From positions 1 to 64,000 of the forward strand of contig JBAXBA010000009.1 of NCBI GenBank assembly GCA_037142195.1: a stretch of DNA of 64,000 bases. Reading direction: 5' to 3'. The notes under the pieces were generated by a model. It made no database searches and was not told the origin of the DNA. It worked only from the letters and a program-made list of their open reading frames with translations. Source of the DNA: Pseudomonadota bacterium. GTDB taxonomy: Bacteria; Bdellovibrionota_B; Oligoflexia; Oligoflexales; CAIMVM01. A program made the translations under genes and the position numbers. Shown here piece after piece: positions 47,980 through 55,277 of the stretch; position 1 is the stretch's first letter, and each line of letters opens with the position of its first letter.

Positions 47980-48329
47980 AAGCTGTCTAGCGCGTCTTCC
48001 GTTATCATGAGCGCTCTCACTGCGTGGTTTTTTTTCAAATCATCATTTATAACTAAGTCCAAATTCTCAGGGCTTAGGCTATGGTACCAAGTTCCTTCCG
48101 GATAAATGAGACCGATGGGTCCTTTTTTGCAAATCCTAAGACATCCAACCTTAGTTCGAAAGACCGTATTTAGCTTTTCGTCTTTAATTCTGGCTTTTAA
48201 ATGTTCCCAAGCCTTCATTCCCTCTTCATTAGCAATACATTTGGGGCCGGTACATAGGAAGATATGCCTAGTCAATTTGCCTATATTGAGCTTCGTACAT
48301 ACTTCTTTCCACTCATTTTCCTGCTCCAT
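47976..48329 (-). CDS. Thioredoxin-like [2Fe-2S] ferredoxin
   Basis: RHIFLCTGPKC, RTKVGCLRICKKGP, IYPEGTWY. Confidence 0.9.
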   Translation of the reverse strand: MEQENEWKEVCTKLNIGKLTRHIFLCTGPKCIANEEGMKAWEHLKARIKDEKLNTVFRTKVGCLRICKKGPIGLIYPEGTWYHSLSPENLDLVINDDLKKNHAVRALMITEDALDSF

Positions 48330-48392
48330 CTTGTATGCCCCCTGTTGTATAATGGAATGTAACGTTACGAACCTAAATAAGCGAGCCCTACT

Positions 48393-48917
48393 ATGACATC
48401 AGAAAAAGACATTTTAGGTCCAAGAACTGCTGGCTTTCTCATCCATGATGCACGTCTTGCGGACCGTTACTTAGCCCGAGTGGAAGCTACACTAAAATCC
48501 ATTTCAGAAGTCAAAACAGTTGTGATTTCTTCAGGAACTGACCCAAAATTAAACAGATGTTCCATTTTAATTGTTTTTGCCAATAATCTCGACGATCAAC
48601 AGATGGTCACTTGGGTAAAGGGTATTGCTAAACGCCTGGATCCGGAATCGATAAATATACCCTGGCTCATTATTTGTGAAAGCTCAGAAGGAGTCCAAAA
48701 AGAGCTCCTGAGGTATGCGCTCGATGAAAACTGGTATTTTGATCTTGTATCACCTGAGCACTTAGACTCTCTAACTACCAGAATTGGAAGTCTTATTAGG
48801 ATTTCTGATCATATCGGCGAGATCCACCGCTACGATAGGGAAATCAAAACACTTGAAACTCAAGTTGCTCTGGCGTTAGAAAAGATCGACACCCTACAAA
48901 AAACGGCAGGATCTTAG
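48393..48917 (+). CDS. Hypothetical protein (receiver-like alpha/beta domain plus C-terminal coiled coil)
   Basis: Alternating strand/helix pattern; heptad-like tail IHRYDREIKTLETQVALALEKI. Confidence 0.65.
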   Translation: MTSEKDILGPRTAGFLIHDARLADRYLARVEATLKSISEVKTVVISSGTDPKLNRCSILIVFANNLDDQQMVTWVKGIAKRLDPESINIPWLIICESSEGVQKELLRYALDENWYFDLVSPEHLDSLTTRIGSLIRISDHIGEIHRYDREIKTLETQVALALEKIDTLQKTAGS

Positions 48918-49195
48918 TGGTAAATTCAGAATTAAATGTTCCTTTAAGCCCAGAATCTCCTGCAGAAGTTGTGGCTTCTTATATTAGTGCCATAAAAGGC
49001 TCAGGCCACTTTTTATCGCCTCTAGACTGTCAAGTGATTCAAAAGTGGTTAACCATAACCGAGGGAAGATCGGATCCCATTTTACTCGTGTTAGATGAGC
49101 ACCTTGGGGATCATTTTAAGTCAGGGAAAATGCGGCCGCTAAGCCTCATTGAAAGCAAAATTAGCCGCATGCTTAGAAATACCTCGTATATTTAG
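48917..49195 (+). CDS. Hypothetical protein, DnaD-domain-like
   Basis: KGSGHFLSPLDCQVIQKWL; overlaps upstream stop by 1 nt. Confidence 0.55.
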   Translation: MVNSELNVPLSPESPAEVVASYISAIKGSGHFLSPLDCQVIQKWLTITEGRSDPILLVLDEHLGDHFKSGKMRPLSLIESKISRMLRNTSYI

Positions 49196-49272
49196 GACAA
49201 GTTGGCTGAATTCTTTTGAAAACCTCATGTCCAATAGGATATGATCCAACGACTATTGCGAGGAGTATTTTC

Positions 49273-49599
49273 ATGGCCGGTGGCACAATTGTAGTTTCTG
49301 ACGATAACTTTGAATCTCTTGTCTTAAAATCCCCCCATCCCGTGCTTGTGGACTTCTGGGCTCCTTGGTGTGGACCCTGCGTGGCCATTGCGCCTGCACT
49401 CGAAGCTCTTGCGGGCGAATTCCAAGGAAAGATCACTATTGCCAAAATGAATGTGGACGAGAATGCCAATACTCCCGCACAATTTGCCGTACGCTCTATA
49501 CCGTTCCTAGTCCTATTTAAAGATGGCAAGCCCGTCGATCAAGTCGTTGGGGCCGTACCTAAACCTCGCTTAGCAGAGATGCTAAATAAGCATGTCTAA
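49273..49599 (+). CDS. trxA: Thioredoxin
   Basis: VLVDFWAPWCGPC, SIP, GAVPK; AGGAG RBS. Confidence 0.96.
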   Translation: MAGGTIVVSDDNFESLVLKSPHPVLVDFWAPWCGPCVAIAPALEALAGEFQGKITIAKMNVDENANTPAQFAVRSIPFLVLFKDGKPVDQVVGAVPKPRLAEMLNKHV

Positions 49600-50254
49600 C
49601 AAAGGCGATTTTGAGCAAGACTTGCTACAAAATGGTCACGTGGTTTGTGGGGTTGATGAAGTTGGTAGGGGCTGCTTAGCCGGGCCAGTTTGCGCTGGCG
49701 CTATCATCTTAAATCTTGAAAAGCTTCTGCAACTCCCGGGCCCACTCTTAAGTCTTATTAGAGACTCTAAAAAACTCTCCGCTAAACAGCGTCAAGGGAT
49801 CATACCCATTATTTTAGAGCATACGATAAGTCACGGCGTAGCTTTTGCGAGTGCCCGTGAAGTCGATCAGCTCAATATATTGAACGCAACCTTTTTGGCC
49901 ATGACACGAGCTATCGCTAAACTGACGAGAAGCCCCAGTCTGATCTTGGTGGACGGGAATATGACCATTCCAGGTCAGCCCCTTCCCCAAAAGGCGCTCA
50001 TTGGCGGCGACGCCCTAACCTACTCCATTGCAGCTGCCTCTATTATTGCCAAAGAAGCTCGCGACAGTTATATGAGTGCCCTGCAAAAAACCTATCCTCA
50101 ATATGGTTTTGAGTCTCATGTGGGCTACGGGACTAAGCGCCACTTAGAAGCTCTCGGGAAATACGGGATAACCCCAGAACATCGAATGTCTTTTAGACCT
50201 GTGCGCGAGGCTCGAGCCACACCCATTCCCCCCGAAGATGCCTTAGGTGTTTGA
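49592..50254 (+). CDS. rnhB: Ribonuclease HII
   Basis: GVDEVGRGCLAGPV, DSKKLS, LVDGN, IAAASIIAK..RD, GYGT, HRMSF. Confidence 0.96.
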   Translation: MSNKGDFEQDLLQNGHVVCGVDEVGRGCLAGPVCAGAIILNLEKLLQLPGPLLSLIRDSKKLSAKQRQGIIPIILEHTISHGVAFASAREVDQLNILNATFLAMTRAIAKLTRSPSLILVDGNMTIPGQPLPQKALIGGDALTYSIAAASIIAKEARDSYMSALQKTYPQYGFESHVGYGTKRHLEALGKYGITPEHRMSFRPVREARATPIPPEDALGV

Positions 50255-50437
50255 GCGGATCTTCAAGTAAATTCTGATACCTAAACATTTTGACCTACAT
50301 CCCAAAGAAGTCCTAAATGGACTCTACTCCTTGCCACATTCTATATCTAGGGCAGCGCTATATAGGGAGTCGCGGCAATATTTATATTCCAGTACACCTT
50401 AGCGCGCTCATCCCCATTTAAGCCCATGATCAGTTTC

Positions 50438-50454
50438 CTCCTGATTTCTGAAAT
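50438..50454 (+). repeat. Direct repeat copy 1 (CTCCTGATTTCTGAAAT)
   Basis: 16/17 identical to 51775-51791. Confidence 0.75.
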
Positions 50455-50507
50455 GAGGTAAAATCATGGATGATACCTGTCGATTATTGCTTTCGGGAGT
50501 GAAACGA

Positions 50508-51749
50508 ATGAATAGACCTTATTCAAGTTGGAGAATTCTTTCATATAGATCACAGACTATTCTTACTCTCGTTCTTAAAATGGCGCCTATTTTGACCTTA
50601 ACTTTGGGCTTAACTGCGGGCCTAACTGCGGGCTGCCTTCACAAGCCCACAGAAGGAATGCTTTTAAGCGCCCCTCAAGGTGCTTTGCAAAGCACCACAA
50701 AGCCTAGGATCGTATTCAATTGGTCACGTGAAAGTGGACCCTTACATCAGCATCTTTGGGACCAGGCTCGAGATGCCATCAACAAAAATCGGGAGATTAA
50801 AACACAGGGAGATTTGCCTAAACTCGGTCAACAAGGTTACGGACTCTATGTAACGATGGATCCATTCGTTTCCCTTACCTTTGGCTCAGAATTATCGTGC
50901 TTGTCGCTAAATCCGAGAACAACCTGGGTGGACAATGACCTTGCGAGAGAGTCCGTCCTAAATAACCTCAGAGGCCCCAGCGATCTCATCGTCTATGGAT
51001 GGGGAACCTCATTTATAGATGGACAAAAGAAGACCGCAATTTCTGGGGTGATTCGCAACCCTCGTCTTGTAGACATGAATGGATCGGCGAAATTTTTTAT
51101 GAAAGAATTTGGTTCCGGCGATGGCCTTGGAACTGTGAAGATCGCGAAAGCCCGACAACGCCTTCAAACCGGAAATTGGTGTCAGGCATTTAGCGCTTTT
51201 GAAAACGAATTTGGCACCTTTTCCATGGCGTTTTCATCTGCATTTTCTATTGGTGCCTCTAAAGGAATATACAGAAATGCATTGGCCGCTAATTGGCTGA
51301 TGATGCCTGGTGGCCTGGGGACAAATCCAGTAATGGAACGCGGAATTGATAGGATCGAAAAGAATGGCTCACTTATAAATGAACTAAAAGATTCTGGAAT
51401 ATTAAAAGGCAATGACGCCAAAGAACGCAAATTAGAAATTGAAGTGATCTTCTCAAAAGCCTTCATCCATCCACCTGGACTGATTCCTGGAGATTTACCC
51501 GCTGAAAAAATTCCAGCCCGAATGGCATTGCTGGCGCGGCTTTTAAACGAAACAGCCCTCTTTGAATTAAGCGGCAACACTAACTCCTTGGAATCCTTCA
51601 CGACTGCGCTCCATGAAGCTTGCTACCAATTTGTATCCAACTGGAGCCAGGCCCACCCTCAAGATGTAGCGCTGGCAAAAGATCTCATTGCTATCCTGCG
51701 CACTAATGGACTTACGGGAATGGCTGAGCAGCTTCCTTGGCCAGACTAA
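50508..51749 (+). CDS. Putative lipoprotein with ADP-ribosyltransferase-like motif
   Basis: GGGAG RBS before ATG 50508; LTAGC lipobox-like; QGYGLYVTMDPFVSLTFG. ORF is solid; family call is tentative. Confidence 0.55.
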   Translation: MNRPYSSWRILSYRSQTILTLVLKMAPILTLTLGLTAGLTAGCLHKPTEGMLLSAPQGALQSTTKPRIVFNWSRESGPLHQHLWDQARDAINKNREIKTQGDLPKLGQQGYGLYVTMDPFVSLTFGSELSCLSLNPRTTWVDNDLARESVLNNLRGPSDLIVYGWGTSFIDGQKKTAISGVIRNPRLVDMNGSAKFFMKEFGSGDGLGTVKIAKARQRLQTGNWCQAFSAFENEFGTFSMAFSSAFSIGASKGIYRNALAANWLMMPGGLGTNPVMERGIDRIEKNGSLINELKDSGILKGNDAKERKLEIEVIFSKAFIHPPGLIPGDLPAEKIPARMALLARLLNETALFELSGNTNSLESFTTALHEACYQFVSNWSQAHPQDVALAKDLIAILRTNGLTGMAEQLPWPD

Positions 51750-51774
51750 TCCCGCTCCTACGATAGAAATAGGT

Positions 51775-51791
51775 CTCCTGATTTCTAAAAT
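51775..51791 (+). repeat. Direct repeat copy 2 (CTCCTGATTTCTAAAAT)
   Basis: 16/17 identical to 50438-50454. Confidence 0.75.
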
Positions 51792-52176
51792 CTTTTGCTA
51801 ACTTGCTTTCCTAGATATGGCAATCAAGAGCATGAATTCTAAAGACAATAAGCGCTCTCAGGTTTGCATTCATTAGGCCCTTAAAACGGAATGCCAAGGA
51901 TCACTTCAGTTGCCATCATGATTATCCTTCCACAAGAGCAGATCTTCAAAGCCCTGAAATAGAGAGATGCGTCTACTTTGAGGGAAATGAGTTATTTGAA
52001 AGTTATATTTCCTTAAAAGTTGTAGGCGAAACTTTCGCGTAGGAGGGCCTGTCGGAAAAAACAAACTTGAAATGGGACTGCCCATCAGAGAGATACCACT
52101 ATCCGATACATTTTCTTCGCAATGGTCCTCACAAAGAAGGCTTCATAAATCTACTAATCTAGATTTTGCAAGGCGA

Positions 52177-52884
52177 TCAAGGCACGGAACCAAAAAGTGC
52201 GCCTATTCCAGCAGTGACTATCATGGCCAAAGCGCCCCAAAGAGTCACGCGAATGGCGCCACGCCAAATAGTGGCACCGCCCACACGTGACGCTAGAGAG
52301 CCCAAAACGAAAAGACTGATAAGTGATATTTCGAAGACACCATCCATGAGCCGATCTTCTGAGACAACAAAAACTAAGACCAATGGCAGTGCTGCCCCTA
52401 CTGAAAACGCCATTGCCGAAGCCAGAGCTGCTTGAAGAGGGCGAGCTAAACTTGAAGGTGAAATCCCTAACTCGTCTCTAGCATGCGCCCCAAGAGCGTC
52501 TTTTTTCATGAGCTGCTCAGCGACCACTTTTGAAAGCCCTGCGTCGACACCTCGGTCTTCGTAAATTTTAGCGAGTTCAAGAAGCTCCCTTTGAGGACTA
52601 AAAGAAAGTTCCTCTTTTTCTTTCTCTAAATCCGCTTTCTCAGTATCGGCCTGAGAACTGACAGACACATACTCGCCTGCAGCCATCGACATCGCACCGG
52701 CAACAAGGCCTGAAACTCCCGCAATGGCTATATTTTGTGGATTTGCGTGGGAAGCTGCAACTCCCACAATAAGACTTGCTGTCGAGACGATCCCGTCGTT
52801 AGCTCCAAGCACTGCTGCTCTTAGCCAGCCGATACGATCCGAACGATGAGACTCGCGCGCTACTTGTTTAAGATCTAAATCCAA
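52177..52884 (-). CDS. VIT1/CCC1 family Fe/Mn transporter
   Basis: GWLRAAVLGANDGIVS, AGAMSMAAGEYVSVSSQAD, HARDELG. Confidence 0.95.
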   Translation of the reverse strand: MDLDLKQVARESHRSDRIGWLRAAVLGANDGIVSTASLIVGVAASHANPQNIAIAGVSGLVAGAMSMAAGEYVSVSSQADTEKADLEKEKEELSFSPQRELLELAKIYEDRGVDAGLSKVVAEQLMKKDALGAHARDELGISPSSLARPLQAALASAMAFSVGAALPLVLVFVVSEDRLMDGVFEISLISLFVLGSLASRVGGATIWRGAIRVTLWGALAMIVTAGIGALFGSVP

Positions 52885-52964
52885 GATAACTCCCCCTCTT
52901 TAGCAATGAAAAGAAGCAAATGATCGTGCAAGTAAAAGAAGAGAGCATGCCATCACTAAAAAAA

Positions 52965-53630
52965 TTATGCTGCCATCTTTAACCTATTTTCGACCCAAAA
53001 GACGCCAGGTGCGCTATAAGCAGCAACTCTTGCATCTTCGATCTCGGCGAGGGAGTGAACGTCACCTGTAAGTATCACTTTACCGCCAAGCACTTCCACC
53101 TTTATATTGCGCTCCGCGCCGTTGCTAGCGCGTCTTAAAGCATCCTCTATTCGAGTTTTAACATCAAGGGCTTGCGTTTTAGACTTAATGGTAATGTCAT
53201 TTCTAACACCACACACCCCCCTCAACTTAGAGACCGCGTCTCTCGCTGCATTTCGCTGAAAGTCCCACTCTACTTCCCCGCGTAATGTGATCCATCCTTT
53301 TTCGACCGACACCTTCACGCTACTTGGAACTTGATAATTCCACTGCAGCGCCCATATGGCGGCTCCGCCAATGTCATCATCACTTCTCCCTGCATCGCTG
53401 CCTAGATTTACCTCCAGCTCATCCACTACAACACGAGTTCCCGCAACGCGCTGCGCTGCTTTCTCTGCTAACACTTTCTCTGAAAAATGCGGCACTATAC
53501 CGCCTAAGGTAACAACTCCATCCCTCGTGCTCACATTGATTTGATTTGAATTCAGGCTAGGATCCCATTTCAACTCACTAATCACGTCTCTCCTTAGATC
53601 TTCATCGGACTTTTTTACATCATTGAACAT
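52965..53630 (-). CDS. Triple BON-domain (OsmY-like) protein
   Basis: ELKWDP, GVVTLGG, GWITLRGEVEWDFQR, GKVILTG..AYSAPGV; GAGGAG RBS. Confidence 0.92.
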   Translation of the reverse strand: MFNDVKKSDEDLRRDVISELKWDPSLNSNQINVSTRDGVVTLGGIVPHFSEKVLAEKAAQRVAGTRVVVDELEVNLGSDAGRSDDDIGGAAIWALQWNYQVPSSVKVSVEKGWITLRGEVEWDFQRNAARDAVSKLRGVCGVRNDITIKSKTQALDVKTRIEDALRRASNGAERNIKVEVLGGKVILTGDVHSLAEIEDARVAAYSAPGVFWVENRLKMAA

Positions 53631-53692
53631 TTTGTACTCCTCGTTTAGCTGTAAACGCTTAAGGCTAAAAAACCGCACTAAGCAACGAGAGT

Positions 53693-53708
53693 TGCATATG
53701 CTGTGCCA
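53693..53708 (-). promoter_or_regulatory. sigma54 -24/-12 promoter for the BON gene
   Basis: Reverse strand TGGCACAGCATATGCA (GG-N10-GC). Confidence 0.7.
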
Positions 53709-53977
53709 ACTTTTAAAAATTCTATTAATTGTCCTTTCATAGGTAGATTTGTTCTAGTGTTTGTGTACCGCTATAATCTTAAATAAAAAATCTGAGTAAA
53801 TTGATCTTGTATGAGAATCTTTCTACTAAAGATCAAGATTCCCTTTAGAAATTAGCGCTTGATGATGCAAATTGAGAAAGGTCTCTGCTCACCATCCCAT
53901 CGCAACGCTTCCCTAGGGAAACCATAAAAATTCAAGTGAAAGCATTGAAATTGTGGATCTTCATGTAAAGCTTCCAT

Positions 53978-53993
53978 TGGTATGCATGTTGCA
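53978..53993 (+). promoter_or_regulatory. sigma54 -24/-12 promoter for the 54052 gene
   Basis: TGGTATGCATGTTGCA (GG-N10-GC). Confidence 0.7.
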
Positions 53994-54051
53994 TGATGCT
54001 TCATGCATGATGATCATCGCGCTAAATAACTCGCATTGAAAGGCAGAATTT

Positions 54052-54663
54052 ATGAAATCAACTCTTCCAGGAATCAAGACAATAATGAAAAAAATGGAAA
54101 AAGTGGCAAAAGTTGCACTTCTCGTAGGACTCAGTAGCGTAGGTTCTGTTTACGGGCAGGCCGTAGTTCAAAAGGATGAAGTTCGCGTCGTGGATCGAAT
54201 CTATCAAATCCTTGACAAAGATATTGTTAAAGTTCCCTTTAACGAAAATAGCTCTGTAATATCCGACAGCTCTATGGCTGCTTTGGCTGACTTTGTCAAA
54301 GCAACAAAAGATGAATCGAAAGTCGAACGCTATCTGGTTGCTGCATGGTCCGACCAAGAAACATGGGTCAAGGGCGAATTGTCAAAGGCCCAACGGAATC
54401 TGGCAGTGAGCCGAGCAGACCGCGTCAAAAAAGCGCTTGGGGCTTCAGGCGCAACTAAAGTCGATACTTTTGAAATGACAAAACAGCCCAATTGGATTCA
54501 AAAAGTCTTTAGTACAGAAACAGCCAAGATTAAGGGTAAGGGCATGAGCATTACGGATAATGACAAGCTCATAAAAGATATAGGCTTAAGACTGCGTCAA
54601 AGCGGCGGCCCGCGAATGGTGGTGGTTATCGCTAAATTCAAAAATCAAGTACTAGTTAACTAG
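54052..54663 (+). CDS. Exported protein with degenerate OmpA-C-like fold
   Basis: Signal peptide; PFNENSSVIS ... VAAWSD ... QRNLAVSRADRVKKAL parallels OmpA 'F..S..L ... GHTD ... N..LS..RA..V..L'. Confidence 0.6.
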   Translation: MKSTLPGIKTIMKKMEKVAKVALLVGLSSVGSVYGQAVVQKDEVRVVDRIYQILDKDIVKVPFNENSSVISDSSMAALADFVKATKDESKVERYLVAAWSDQETWVKGELSKAQRNLAVSRADRVKKALGASGATKVDTFEMTKQPNWIQKVFSTETAKIKGKGMSITDNDKLIKDIGLRLRQSGGPRMVVVIAKFKNQVLVN

Positions 54664-55277
54664 CTCGTTCCAAAATGCATTCCTGATATAGCACCCTTTG
54701 ACTTGAAGTTAGTTCAAGTCGTCGAAACTATAGCACTTAAAATGGAATATTCTTTGAAAAGTTGCGGGGGGGCATACAACCTAGATGGTCTTTGCTAGGA
54801 TTTGTGCCGCTGCAATTTAAAAAAGCTAAAGGACTGCCGTTGACCTTTCTCACGATACTAATCCCTTGGTGCGCGTCTTGAATTGAAAACTAGGAGCCAC
54901 TTTAACTCATACTCCTGTAATCGCTTACGGTGGCAGCAACAGAAAAATCGAATAAGGGGTTTTTGTGAGGTCACGAAGCATCAGAAACCCAGATCGAAAA
55001 AATCTGAAGGGCGGGCGGATGACTCTCACAAAGTATTTCAAAAGCGAGAAAAAATCATATCGCAAATTATCTTTTGTAGCAGCTTTGAAATTTCAAAAAT
55101 GCAGACTCAGGGTTAGTCTTTCATCTCGCAGTCAAGTAGATTTCGAGAGCTATCTAGCAGTTCAATTTTTTGTGTCTTATTTAGGATCTTCCGGACATGA
55201 TTTATTAGCGGCATCTAACGTTCTTTCAAGGAGAGATTTTAGGACTAATTTTATCTCTTTTATGCTCGGGCTACGCC

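Noticed and set aside
52937..52952. Third sigma54 promoter before VIT1 (TGGCATGCTCTCTTC)
   Set aside because: Good -24 element, but the -12 position reads TC instead of GC
54740..55277. M-box riboswitch or Pro-rich mgtL-like leader before mgtA; ORFs 54883 and 54965
   Set aside because: No recognisable M-box core and no Pro-rich short ORF; the ORFs look non-coding. An Infernal search would settle it.
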